Positions 28,688 through 39,878 of a stretch of DNA of 64,000 bases are shown one piece after another. This DNA comes from Candidatus Babeliales bacterium. Its GTDB lineage: Bacteria; Babelota; Babeliae; Babelales; JANWKD01. The stretch lies in contig CAVRJO010000001.1 in assembly GCA_963722255.1 (NCBI GenBank), forward strand, positions 384,001-448,000, read 5' to 3'. Every line of letters starts with the position of its first letter. The first letter of the stretch is position 1. A program made the translations under genes and the position numbers. The notes under the pieces are model-generated. The model made no database searches and had not been told where the DNA came from. It saw only the letters and a program-made list of their open reading frames with translations.

Positions 28688-30756
28688 ATGAAAAAAATAC
28701 ATATACTTTTAACACTCTTTCTTGGGGTGACCGTGCTCACCTTAGTTAGTCTCAACAATAGACAGGTACCAACCTCAGGTCACAAAGCTTTATTTCAAAA
28801 AATGTTTCCTAAGACAGAAAAGGAAATTGTTGCTCTAGCAACAAAGGCTATTCAAGAAGCGAAAGAATCCCTGGCTAAATTGACTTCAGGAAGCCAGGAA
28901 CAGAGAACTTTTGCCACTACAATTCAGGCGTATGATACCATAAAAAATAACTTTCTAAATACAAGCCGTATTATAGGAGCAATCCCTATGGTATATCCTC
29001 AGGAGGCTTTAAGAACCAGAGCCCAGGAACAATTATTACTCTTACAAAAAGCAGAAATTGAGCTTTTTGAACATAATCATGATCTTTTTACTACACTTAA
29101 GAGGTATTATAAGGAAAAAGCTCCTTCTGAAAATCTTACTGAAACGCAAACCAATTTTCTTGAATCGGTAATGCAAGGTTTTAAAACAACAGGTCTTACC
29201 TTATCTCCTGATCAAAAAAAAGAAGTGATTGAACTCAAACAAAGAATTACAACCCTGTCTATCACATTCCAAAAAAATATTTCAAAACCTCATGATAAAA
29301 CCTTATTAGTTTCTGGCCAAGATCTTCAAGGTCTTTCTGAAAATTTTATAAAAAATTTAAAACAAACCGCTGATGGACATTACATACTTACGTGCGATTC
29401 TGGTACGTATACAACAATTATGATCTCATGTTCAGTAAGTTCAACACGAGAAAAAATTTATAAGCTCTTTCTTGATCGTTCATATCCAAACAATATGGAT
29501 GTATTAAAAGATTTGCTTACCTGCAAAAACAAGCTTGCTCAGTTGCTGGGATATGCAAGTGGAGCAGATCTTGAATTGTGTACCACTATGGCAAAAACAC
29601 CTGAATGCGCTGAACAGTTTCTTATGAAGCTTGCACACGACATCGAACCTCTGGAAACGCAAGAATTTAAAACTCTTATACAAAATCTTCCATCAGATGT
29701 CAGATTATCACCAGATGGAAAACTTTACCCTTGGGATAGAACCTATCTCATGGAACAGTATAAAAAAAACAAAAGCACCCTCGATGAAAATCTCATTGCA
29801 GAATATTTTCCTCTAGAAAACACGCTTAAAGAACTTTTTTCATTATATGAAAAGTTTTTTAACATACAATTTCATCGTGAACCAATTCATGGTCTTTGGG
29901 ATCAAGATCTTCAGATTCTTACTATTTACCAAAATAATGAAATCGTAGGTTACTTACTCCTCGATCTTTTTGCAAGACCAAATAAATTTCATAATGCCTG
30001 CCACACAGCGCTTATTACTCCACAACTTTTAACCACAGGTGCAATCAAACCGGGTGTATCATTGGTGCTTGCACATTTTGCGCGACCGCTTAAAAACCAT
30101 ACAACTCTTTTAAAACATGATGATGTTTCAACACTCTATCATGAATTTGGGCACGCACTGCAGCGTTGCTCGGCGCATCACCCTTTGCAACAGTTTCAGG
30201 AACCTTGGTAAAAAGAGATTTTGTTGAAGTACCATCGCAAATGCTTGAAGAATGGTTGTGGGATAAAGAAATTTTACAAAAGATAAGCTCACATTATAAA
30301 ACAAAAGAATCTTTGCCGGATACCCTCGCTGACACACTCATAGCAACTAAAAAAATTCATGCGGCAACACATGCACAAACCCAACTATTCTATTCGCTTA
30401 TGTCATTACTCTTTTTTAAGGATGGTGCACGTGAAGATTTACATGGCTTGTTTAAAAAGATTTACCAGCAAGTAAAGGTTCATGATTATTATTGCTCAGA
30501 AGTCCACGGCTACCTCTCATTTACCCATTTTATTACCTATGATGCTAAATATTATAGTTATGTATGGTCAAAAGTATTTGCGCTTGATCTTTTTGATTCT
30601 ATAAAAAAAGTCGGTTTATTAAATCCGGAAGTTGGCGTTCGATTTAAAGAAATTGTTCTCGCACCGGGTGGCAGCAAAGATCCTCATGCTTTACTTGTAG
30701 AGTTTCTAGGCCGAGAGCCAAATGATACTGCATATCTGAATAATTTGAAGCTTTAA
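28688..30756 (+). CDS. M3 family oligopeptidase, copy B (single frameshift near 30160)
   Basis: LYHEFGHAL then frame change to LGASPFATVSGT..DFVEVPSQMLEEW..FLGREPN; colinear with copy A. Confidence 0.88.
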
Positions 30757-30761
30757 AAAAT

Positions 30762-30793
30762 AAAAGCCGCTGTAGATAATAACCACAGCGGCC
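30762..30793. terminator. Terminator between convergent genes
   Basis: gccgctgt...acagcggc stem with flanking A-run. Confidence 0.7.
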
Positions 30794-30818
30794 TAACAAA
30801 TATAATACTAATAGTAGA

Positions 30819-31406
30819 TTAGTTCACACGATACTCATTAATTCCACGATAAACTAAAGCACCACCCACTAAGGAATAGGGAAGCCATTTACTAAAAGAC
30901 CCCGCAAATGTAGCAACCATTCTTAATTTTGAAGTTTTTTCTTTTCTTCTTTTTGCATCTGCACAATAAGCAAAAGCATTCTTTAAAGCAGGAATGGAAA
31001 TAAGTCCTACTACAATTGCTGTTGGCTTAATCAAAGAAGTTAATTCTACTTGTTGAGACCATGAACAACAGCGCGCCGCAAGAGCACAGCCTATACCTGC
31101 AGGAAGTCCGTAGCAGAGTGTATCTATAAAACTTTCACCCAAAATATCTATTTTTTTGCTCATAAGACGACCCCATAAATCAGTACGTTGTTTATAGAAA
31201 TTGATCCAATCATCTGATTCAACTAAAACTTTAGTAACTAATTTACTAGCACCAACAAAAGCGGCCGCCGCAAGAGCTATTTTTCCAGCTTCTTTGGTTA
31301 ACACGGTATTCTTGAGCATTTCAGCATACTGCATAGAAAAAACCGTACTTGACGATCCAACAAGCATTATCCCCATAAAAATCTTTGAAAATTGAAAATT
31401 TTTCAT
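30819..31406 (-). CDS. Hypothetical secreted/membrane protein
   Basis: Start MKNFQF after AAAGGA; signal VFS|MQY; several Gly/Ala-rich hydrophobic segments. Confidence 0.7.
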   Translation of the reverse strand: MKNFQFSKIFMGIMLVGSSSTVFSMQYAEMLKNTVLTKEAGKIALAAAAFVGASKLVTKVLVESDDWINFYKQRTDLWGRLMSKKIDILGESFIDTLCYGLPAGIGCALAARCCSWSQQVELTSLIKPTAIVVGLISIPALKNAFAYCADAKRRKEKTSKLRMVATFAGSFSKWLPYSLVGGALVYRGINEYRVN

Positions 31407-31494
31407 AATAAAATCCTTTATGTATATATATTTTTTCATTTTCAAAATTGTAGGATAAATTGATTGGTCCGTCAATTAATCGATTTTTTTGTAA

Positions 31495-32184
31495 TCAATT
31501 TTTTTGAGGTTCAGCAATCAGTTCATAGATATACACAGAGGTTGATGACGACCACGTCATCGGTAATTGTAAGGTATCTTGCAATACAAAACGCTTATGT
31601 GCTGGCAATTGCTTTAAGGTAACTATACGAAGTCCAGGTTTTAATGTTAAAAGCTTATTGCTAATCTTTTGCATCAACTCCGGGCTAAAACAGGTAGAGC
31701 ACATAAAAAATATCGTTACATCATTGGGAAGCGCATCAAGAATATCCGCATGATAGAATTCTAATGAACGATTTCGAGGTAAAAGGTTATCTTTTGCAAG
31801 AGCATTTTTAATCTTTAAAGCTTTTTCAAATCGTTCTTTGGATAATTCTATACCAATACTTTTTACAACATCAGTAGCAAAGAAAAAATGAACAACAAGT
31901 TTACCAACTCCCGAACCTGCATCAACAAAAACATCAGTTTTTTGCGGCTTAAGGTATTTTATGAGCTCATCGGCACCCTCAACGGTCATTTCACCATAGG
32001 TAGGAGCACCACCATGCTTACGTATATGTGCCTCATCTTCATTGGGGATGCCAAATCCGGTAACATTGGTATAGTATCGATCTATAATCTCTTGAGCATC
32101 AAATTTTTTTAATGCTGGAACAGTAAAAAGACCCACAATCAAAAAGATCAGTACCAAACATACACAATGAATATTTTGCTTCAT
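31495..32184 (-). CDS. DOT1-like SAM-dependent methyltransferase with N-terminal signal/anchor
   Basis: TYGEM, DVFVDAGSGVGKLV, GIEL, IFFMCSTCF, LKPGLRIVT, MTWS match DOT1-family motif order. Confidence 0.75.
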   Translation of the reverse strand: MKQNIHCVCLVLIFLIVGLFTVPALKKFDAQEIIDRYYTNVTGFGIPNEDEAHIRKHGGAPTYGEMTVEGADELIKYLKPQKTDVFVDAGSGVGKLVVHFFFATDVVKSIGIELSKERFEKALKIKNALAKDNLLPRNRSLEFYHADILDALPNDVTIFFMCSTCFSPELMQKISNKLLTLKPGLRIVTLKQLPAHKRFVLQDTLQLPMTWSSSTSVYIYELIAEPQKN

Positions 32185-32201
32185 GCCAAAAACCTTTTTT
32201 A

Positions 32202-32237
32202 ACAAGAGGGAGCGAACAGCAATTCGCTCCCTCTTGT
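32202..32237. terminator. GC-rich intergenic hairpin
   Basis: acaagagggagcgaa-loop-ttcgctccctcttgt; no clear U-tract on the minus strand. Confidence 0.55.
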
Positions 32238-32249
32238 ATAGATTAGAAA

Positions 32250-33592
32250 CTATTGTACGGCAACTTGAGATTGAGCCTCTTGTTGCATTCCTTGCAGCTC
32301 TTCTACGCCTTCAGGAACAATCCCAACTTGATGTTGTAATCGAACAACGACATCGGCAATCTGATTTAAAGCGCGTGCTTGATTACGTGCAATCTCACGA
32401 TAACTATTAGCTTCTTGTGCAGAATTTGGTGAAGCTGCCCGAGAAAGATCAATTCCTTGAAGATCGACCGTTCCAAATTGAACGCCCAATTTTTGTTGAT
32501 CTTCTTGAGCAATTTGCGCCAATGCTCTAATTGCATCTGCGTCTGCAGCAAGATTAGTACCAAGCTCACTTGATGTCTGTACTGCAGGAGGATTTTGCAC
32601 TTGCTGATGTTGTGCACCAACATATGATTCTAACTGATTAAGCTGGTCTGCCAATGAAACAATTGCATCAGCTTGTTGCTGCAATCCAACATTAAGTTTA
32701 TCGACTGCATCCTGTACTTGTTCAGACTGTTGTTGTACATAGACAACACGTTCTTGCTCCGGCATTGATTCATACTCAACATCCGAAACAGTTTGAACCG
32801 GCTGAATATCATCAAAATACCAAGGATTATAGCCAAAAGAGTTAAAGCCCCACCACCACCACGGTGACAAGAAGAAGTTCCATAATCCCCACCAGCCAAA
32901 GTAACCAAATCCGCCGCCCCACCAGCCATTATTAAAGTTATTAAAATTATTACGATTATAATGGCCATGTCCTGCATGATTAAGCCCATGCGCATGCGCA
33001 AGATGACCATGAGTACCATGTTTTCCTAAGAGGTTTTTGCCCCCCGCTGCTCGTCCTCGAGCTCCCGCACCTTTGCCACCGGCAAGCCTACCTGCCCTAA
33101 TCCTCTACCGCCTTTTGTAATTCCTTGTCCTTTAGCAACGCCAAGGCCTCTTCCTGCTGCAAGTCTACCTGCACCGGCCCTTCCTCCTGCGCCCCCCAAA
33201 TTACCATGACCAATTTGACCTATACGAGCTCGTTGTGCCGTTGAAAGTCTACCTCTACCTGCACCCGCACCTCTACCTGCTCCTGTAAATCCACGACCGC
33301 CACCGGCACGAGAAACTGTTCGCACACGGCCTCCGCCATAACCGGCACCGTGTCCAAATCCACTACCACGAGAAACTCTTTGAACATGACTTCCGCCGCC
33401 ATAACCGCGAGAAACATGTTGAACGTGACCTCCGCCGCCTCTAAATCCACCGCCACGACCTCCGCCGCCATGGAATCCGCCACCGCCATGGCCACCACCA
33501 CCATGACCTCCACCTCCACGAGCAAAAATATCGTCATTGCACATGTTTACTGCTAGTGCAATGGCAGTTATTAGTAGTAACTTTTTATTCAT
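32250..33592 (-). CDS. Secreted Gly/Arg-rich low-complexity protein (one gene, frameshift near 33096)
   Basis: Adding one G joins 33026..33592 to a continuous frame (GAGRLAGG..HGHLAHAH..GWWGGGFG..) ending in 32250..32870; AAAGGAG SD. Confidence 0.8.
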
Positions 33593-33882
33593 TAACCACT
33601 CCTTTATTATTTTTTATAGGGGCACCATGTCACAATATCATTTTAATTGTACAAAATGCATAAAATATAAATCAACATATTGATATTTATTTTTATTTGA
33701 AATTTTGAACTATGAATGCAATGCTAGTTTTTTGTCGTTTGGTAAAATGCAACTCTGTTCATGATGATTCAATTATTTTTCAAATATATTTTCTTCTGAT
33801 TCGTTTTAAAATAATATTATTAATAAACTGTTACATTTATTTCTTAACAGAGTCCCTTGTATAACCTAAATGAGTTATTTTA

Positions 33883-34479
33883 ATGGAAAAGCATGTAGGC
33901 ATTGTTTTAAAAAAATATAGTCCTCAAAAACAAAAAATATCTATTTTTGATCGTATATTAGGTAAAATTGAAGTGATGTATGCAAATGATAGGTCTATTC
34001 AATCTATTCATCACGGATCTTTGATACACTATTATATAGAACAAAAATATTTCAATTTTTATCACATTACCCAATGTGAAGTGCAAGCAGTTCCCTTTGA
34101 ATTAGCTCAACACGATATTAATTTTTTACATCATATTCTTGAATTAAGTTATTATTTTTTACCACTTAATAGCGCATACCCCGAGACATTCGAACTCGTA
34201 AAAAAAGCCCTTAATAACGCCATTCTTGATAAGGCGATTATATTGTTACGTTTTTTTTCTTCTCTTGGTATTTATTCAGAAGATCTTCCTTTTGAAAAAA
34301 ATTATTTTCACCGTTTACTTTCTGATCATTTTGAAACTATACTTAAAGAAAAATTTAATGAGACACAACTAAAACAAATAGATTTGTGGCTCATACGGTG
34401 TAAACAATTGCACCCTTATAGTAAAAATTTTAAAACTAATTATATACTGACAAGATGCAATGATGAAAAAAAATATTAA
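33883..34479 (+). CDS. recO: Divergent DNA repair protein RecO-like
   Basis: GIVLK...ISIFDRILGKI N-terminal OB-like pattern; ILELSYYFLP...FELV...LRFFSSLG helical pattern. Confidence 0.55.
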   Translation: MEKHVGIVLKKYSPQKQKISIFDRILGKIEVMYANDRSIQSIHHGSLIHYYIEQKYFNFYHITQCEVQAVPFELAQHDINFLHHILELSYYFLPLNSAYPETFELVKKALNNAILDKAIILLRFFSSLGIYSEDLPFEKNYFHRLLSDHFETILKEKFNETQLKQIDLWLIRCKQLHPYSKNFKTNYILTRCNDEKKY

Positions 34480-37400
34480 CGGTTTAGTCCTACTTTTCTT
34501 AGTCTGCTGGACAGCGCCAACTTTTTCTGGAATTTTTAATTATTTTGGTTTTGGATCATCGCAAAGCGAAAGTCCCGGTAAACTAAGAATACCTCTTGGA
34601 ATTAACGAAAAAAAAGAGCAGCTCGAACGATTAAAAAACGATTTAAAGGACCTTGAAGCTACACAAAGTGAGTTTTTGGCAACTATTCAATCACATCTCG
34701 ATCAAAATAGTATCGCTATTAATGAAATAAAAGAAAAACAGATAGGCGCTTCAACGCAAGAACTACCTTTTTTAAATAAAGTACTTTCTATTCTTAATGA
34801 AACCTATCAAACGCTCTTTAATCTACAATTCTTTAGAAAAGAACTGATTAACAATATTGAACAACATATACAACTTATTGAGTCATACCTTAAAGACCCG
34901 GAATTCAAATCGATAAGCCTTAATGTCCAATCTTTCTACTCCTTTAGTGATTTACAGGATGTAGCGCAGAAAATCACTGTTGAAGAAGATCTTCTCAACC
35001 ATTTAATTGAACAAAAAAATGAAGCCACTATTGATCTTGATACTGCCAAAAGAAAGATAATTTCGCTTACAAAAGAGTTTGAAGAGAGAAAAAAGCAACA
35101 AGCAGAATTTAGCACAAAATTAAAAGATCCAAAAGCACGATACGCCAGTTCAGATTTCGATTTTAAACAACTTGGTAAGCTGGTTGATCTGGAAAAAAAT
35201 TTTCTATCTTTTGAAAAACAACTGGCTGAGCTTAAAGTACAAACGATTACGCGCAAACTTTCATTGCTTGAAACAACACTCGCTCTTGAGGCTGACAAAT
35301 TAAAAATTTACAAAGCAAATTTAGTTAAAATTAAAGATGGATTAAGAATAGAACCCAAAGATATTCAAAAAGCAAAAGATAAATTGGAAGTAGTTAAAAA
35401 AGAGTCTCTTGCTACGCGCGATAAACTTTATGCAACCATTAAAGAACTTTCTGCACAACGAGATAGCACCCTTAAAGAACTTGAACAGTTAAAGAAAAAG
35501 TATAATTTAAGCGATTTGACTGCATTGGGAGTAACCACTTGGAACACTATTCCAACTTCTCTAAATGATTGGGTAAAACTCAGTGAAATCGGTTTAAAAG
35601 ATAGCCAAATATCATTACTTGAAAACAAAATTGATACTATACGCGCAACTATTGATTTAGAGGTGTATAAATTTAAGCGCAATGATATTGATTTTGAAAT
35701 ATTAAACTCATGGTATAAAATAACACGTCGTCAATTTAAAACTAATGATGAGATTCTAGAGGATCTTAGAAATTATCAAACACTTATTACAGAATTCACT
35801 CGAGAAGAAGCTAATATAAAAGATAAGCGCAATACACTTGCCAATCTTATTGCTATAAGAAACAAGAATTTAACAAATCTAAAAAATCTTATAAGCGAGC
35901 TAAAAGGGGCAAAAAGCATTGTTTTTAAATCTGCTAACAATAAATATATTTATTGCTTAAGTCGATTTAACCAGACAGAAAAAATAGTTGAAGAACAGAT
36001 CGAAAATAATAATCAGCTTCTCAAAAATTACGCTGATTTAATTACACTCATAAATAGCACACAACAAGATCTTACCAATATAACCTCGGAACTAGAAACT
36101 AAAAGCATTTGGCAGCGTTCTGAATATGCAATTTCATGGAACGGCGTAAAAAATATTGGATCTGACTTAGGTTTCTTCATTAAGGATATGCAAAAACTTT
36201 TTGCTCATTTTATTTTTGGCCTTTATTCTTCACTACGTTCTACCCTCTCTAAAATTATATATCATCCCTTTAACCTTATTGTATTTCTGATAAAAATTAT
36301 TTTTCTGCTCTTTTTATATTGGTTCCTAAGGTCTCGGCTTTTATCTTTCATTGTTTCAAGCGGAAGTTATAAACCCCAAAACCAATCAATGCTTATTCTT
36401 TCAAAGCTTATTGAATTTTTATCAACCTTTGCTTACTCATATTTCACCTGTATTTTTATTTGGTGTACATGCTTTTGCCTCATCTATTTTAATTATATTA
36501 CCGATAGTTTTCTACAAGTACTCTTTTATTTAGGATCAATACTATTTCTCTGCTATTTGGTTTACCGTTTTATTAATTATCTTATAAAATTTAATGAAAA
36601 AAATGAGTATGTTCTGTTTAACCAATTTTTTCAAAAGCGATTCACCTTTGTATTTGGGCTATTTGCCTATTTAAGCATTATTCTTTTATTTTTCAGAGAA
36701 GCATTTATTGTCGCAACCTATCATGCATCAGAATTCCCTACAATTCTTTTGGCTGTTTACTCTGTCATTATTAGAACACTCATTATATTTTCCATAGGCA
36801 AAGATGAGATAATTAGTTTTTTACCACAACGCGGCGCAGCATGGAAAACAGTTGCAGATTTTATTAATAGATACTATTACCTTCTTTTAGGAATTATAAT
36901 TGGCTTAATGCTGATAAGCGATCCCTATATTGGCGGTTATGGCAACCTCGTTTCATTTATTCTCTGGGGATGCATTGGCACTGTTGTTCTTCTAAAATTA
37001 CTTCTTATTCTTCAAAACTATATTAAGAAAAAATCTTCAACTATATTTTTCAAAATTGATGAAGAATCGATTCGTGAACGATTTGTCTATGCAAAAACAT
37101 GGTATGGCCTCTTTGTTGTCGCACTCTTTGCTCTTTTTGTCATACTTGGCATTGTTTTAAGCTTAAAGATCTGGGGCAAATCGATTTCTATACAAGAAAT
37201 CACCTCCATTTTAAATTACGGCTTATTTAGTACGGGATTTGACCAAACAATACAACAACATATTTGGCTTACTCCGCTCAAAGTCTTCGTCATTATCTTA
37301 TTTATTTTTGCGGGATTCATAGTTGCTTTTACTATCAACCGCTTCGTTCTTAATAGAATATTTCAACTTTTACCGGTAGACATTGGAATTCAAAATACTA

Positions 37401-38083
37401 TTACCAGTTTAACGCGCTATCTTATTTTCATAGCCGCTATTTTCTTAGGGTTTAATTGGGGCGGGCTGGGTAGTCTTCTTCTTGGATTAGGTTTGGTAAT
37501 TGCCAGTATCGGTTATATTGTCAAAGAACCAATTGGAGACTTCATCTCATATTTTATAATTTTGGTTCAAAGGCCATTAAAAATAGGTGATTTAGTAAAA
37601 ATCAACGATATTCTTGGTGTCGTACGCCACATTACACCAAGGTCAGTTATTATACGATCAAAAAATAGTTTTACCATTGTCATGCCAAATACTATGGTCA
37701 TTAATCAACCGGTTCTCAATTGGAACTATTCACGAGGATTTATTGCATTTGATGATATACTCTTCACAGTTCCTTATAGCGTTGACCCGCTTTTTGTTAA
37801 AACAATAGTTGCTGAAGTACTTGATGCTAATACCGATATTTTAAAAAGCCCTCGTCCCATTATTCGTCTTGAAAATTTTGGTGAAAATGGATACGAATTC
37901 CTTTTACGTGGCTTTTTAAGCAGTAATAAAACACTTGATATTTGGGATATTGCAAGTAACGTGCGTCTCGCATTAGTTCAGGCATTACAAAAGAATGGAA
38001 TCTCTCTTGCAGTTCCTACTCGATTAGTTCTTACAAAAGAGTTGACTCATGTTTCTGATACTGAACCTATCAAAGAACGGTAA
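34460..38083 (+). CDS. Large MscS-family mechanosensitive channel (MscK-like)
   Basis: Signal peptide, long coiled-coil, many TM helices, QRPLKIGDLV, IVMPN, NWNYS, SPRP C-terminal MscS domain. Confidence 0.9.
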   Translation: MMKKNINGLVLLFLVCWTAPTFSGIFNYFGFGSSQSESPGKLRIPLGINEKKEQLERLKNDLKDLEATQSEFLATIQSHLDQNSIAINEIKEKQIGASTQELPFLNKVLSILNETYQTLFNLQFFRKELINNIEQHIQLIESYLKDPEFKSISLNVQSFYSFSDLQDVAQKITVEEDLLNHLIEQKNEATIDLDTAKRKIISLTKEFEERKKQQAEFSTKLKDPKARYASSDFDFKQLGKLVDLEKNFLSFEKQLAELKVQTITRKLSLLETTLALEADKLKIYKANLVKIKDGLRIEPKDIQKAKDKLEVVKKESLATRDKLYATIKELSAQRDSTLKELEQLKKKYNLSDLTALGVTTWNTIPTSLNDWVKLSEIGLKDSQISLLENKIDTIRATIDLEVYKFKRNDIDFEILNSWYKITRRQFKTNDEILEDLRNYQTLITEFTREEANIKDKRNTLANLIAIRNKNLTNLKNLISELKGAKSIVFKSANNKYIYCLSRFNQTEKIVEEQIENNNQLLKNYADLITLINSTQQDLTNITSELETKSIWQRSEYAISWNGVKNIGSDLGFFIKDMQKLFAHFIFGLYSSLRSTLSKIIYHPFNLIVFLIKIIFLLFLYWFLRSRLLSFIVSSGSYKPQNQSMLILSKLIEFLSTFAYSYFTCIFIWCTCFCLIYFNYITDSFLQVLFYLGSILFLCYLVYRFINYLIKFNEKNEYVLFNQFFQKRFTFVFGLFAYLSIILLFFREAFIVATYHASEFPTILLAVYSVIIRTLIIFSIGKDEIISFLPQRGAAWKTVADFINRYYYLLLGIIIGLMLISDPYIGGYGNLVSFILWGCIGTVVLLKLLLILQNYIKKKSSTIFFKIDEESIRERFVYAKTWYGLFVVALFALFVILGIVLSLKIWGKSISIQEITSILNYGLFSTGFDQTIQQHIWLTPLKVFVIILFIFAGFIVAFTINRFVLNRIFQLLPVDIGIQNTITSLTRYLIFIAAIFLGFNWGGLGSLLLGLGLVIASIGYIVKEPIGDFISYFIILVQRPLKIGDLVKINDILGVVRHITPRSVIIRSKNSFTIVMPNTMVINQPVLNWNYSRGFIAFDDILFTVPYSVDPLFVKTIVAEVLDANTDILKSPRPIIRLENFGENGYEFLLRGFLSSNKTLDIWDIASNVRLALVQALQKNGISLAVPTRLVLTKELTHVSDTEPIKER

Positions 38084-38600
38084 TATTAAAGGTATTGTGC
38101 ATGCAATATATTTAATACAAAGGAATTATATTTAACAGTATTTTACTTGTCTAAAATACTGTAGACAAAAGGACACCAACGTTCCGTTGGATCGTTCTCC
38201 CGCTCCAATATGGCCCACTTCAACATTAATGCTTACAGCATTAAGTTTTCGGGACCACGTGTAGCTACCGGAGATATTTTATAGATTGTTTCCTTTGAGC
38301 ACAACCGTTGAAGGGCTTGCAGCATATTCCGTAGGAATATGTGAGGGCCCGCCTTTTGTGCGACAGAGATTCCTAAGATACTTCTTAGGTGCCCTTGTAT
38401 TAAAGGTATTGGGCACGCAATACCTTTATAAATAAATTATTATTTTGGTTTTAGGTATTATTGACATAAAAAATACCTAAGTTAAAAAAATGTATTATAA
38501 AAAAAATGTATTAAAGGTATTGTGCATACAATACCTTTATAAATAAAATCTTAGTAAAAGGAATTAGGGTTATAGGGATTTTATAGCAGAAAAATACCTA
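38084..38600. repeat. Three palindromic repeats (AAAGGTATTG-N6-CAATACCTTT type) at about 38084, 38397 and 38508, each followed by a second hairpin
   Basis: Copies 2 and 3 are 40-mers differing only at 3 loop positions; copy 1 more degenerate. Confidence 0.85.
38165..38398 (-). ncRNA. Structured non-coding RNA, family unassigned (6S RNA-like candidate)
   Basis: GC-richer island with no ORF; ends pair (aagggcacc/ggtgtcctt); several internal stems; G.U pairs only on the minus strand. Confidence 0.6.
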
Positions 38601-38607
38601 ACACTAA

Positions 38608-38817
38608 TTATTTGGAGCTTTTTTTAAGTAATGAGCGAACAGTCTCAACGCCACCAACTTTGATAAAACCATAAGCAGCAAGTAAAACACCACCAATAAT
38701 AACAATCGTGTTAAGCCATGTTTGAAAAAAACCAAATGCATATAAAAGCACTATAATGCCAAGAATTATATACACATATCCTTTTTGGCTTTCATTTAAA
38801 TGAAACTTATTAGTCAT
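38608..38817 (-). CDS. Small two-TM membrane protein
   Basis: AAGGAG SD; two hydrophobic helices. Confidence 0.75.
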   Translation of the reverse strand: MTNKFHLNESQKGYVYIILGIIVLLYAFGFFQTWLNTIVIIGGVLLAAYGFIKVGGVETVRSLLKKSSK

Positions 38818-39016
38818 ATCTTCTCCTTTTAGAATAGTTCATTACAACCTTTTAGAAGCATACTAAACTATACTTTTATAGTTCAATATTATTGAAAAAA
38901 ATTAATTTCACCTTAAGCAAGATACGCAGTCATTTACTTTTTATTCAATTTGTATATAATATTAGTAGCTTATAAAAGGAAACAATACTGTTTTACCCTA
39001 TAAATCTTAAAGAATT

Positions 39017-39667
39017 GTGAGTTTTATGAATATTTTTAAAATAAGCATCCATGTACTAGTTATCTTATCACTGGGTAGTTCAATAAATGGTATGGAAAAT
39101 GGAAAAGATCAACTCTTAAAAAAAGTAGTTATCGGAACCTATGTTTCAACAATTTTAGCTGAAATAGCTTTAATCGCATCACCAGCGTTTCAATCATTCA
39201 TCTTTGGTAATGAAACTGTCAATGAAGCAACTAAAAATCATATTCAGTTGCTAGCAAATTCATATAACATAAGTTCAGTTCCAACTATACAGCAGGGATA
39301 TTCATTGTGGCACAAAATTGTTGGTTCAATATTTTCCAACCATGCAACGTTATTTGTTAATCCCTCTGCAAACATTCTAACCTCCGATGCTAAAGACGAT
39401 ATTAAAAAAAGCCTTATCGCTATAGAATTCAATCGAGATCGAAACATTCTTATAGCAGCTTTAGCTGTGCCTATCTTTGTATATGGAACCCTTACGGCAG
39501 GATCGTTATTTCTTAAAAATATAGTCCCAACAGAGAATGGTATTCTGAGTAAAATCAAAATAGGGATCGATTATCTTTCTCAAAATTTTAAGCTAACGGC
39601 TTTAATAACCCTTGGAACAATCTACGGATTCATTAAAGCACAGGATTATTATTTAGCACGACGCTAA
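39017..39667 (+). CDS. Hypothetical secreted/membrane protein
   Basis: Signal ING|MENG; three further hydrophobic segments. Confidence 0.7.
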   Translation: MSFMNIFKISIHVLVILSLGSSINGMENGKDQLLKKVVIGTYVSTILAEIALIASPAFQSFIFGNETVNEATKNHIQLLANSYNISSVPTIQQGYSLWHKIVGSIFSNHATLFVNPSANILTSDAKDDIKKSLIAIEFNRDRNILIAALAVPIFVYGTLTAGSLFLKNIVPTENGILSKIKIGIDYLSQNFKLTALITLGTIYGFIKAQDYYLARR

Positions 39668-39878
39668 TAACCAAAGTAATATTTTTCAATAATTTCTGGC
39701 TTTATTCTATAAACTCTCTCTATACTGCTAATTTTGAAAAATTATATACTATCATATATCATAAATAAGCTGATTCATAAAAATCTAAAATTTTCTAATC
39801 TATTGAATACCCTCAAAAAAATATGCTATTATAAATATAAATACTAAAATGGCAAACCATAAAAAGGGGGTTAAAAAC

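Noticed and set aside
38165..38398. tmRNA, RNase P RNA, SRP RNA, tRNA or riboswitch
   Set aside because: No tRNA-like ends, no GAGGAAAGUCC, no SRP GGAA loop motif, and no downstream gene on the favoured strand
38084..38547. CRISPR array from the palindromic repeats
   Set aside because: Only three copies, irregular spacing (about 310 and 110 bp), variable loop, no cas genes in the window
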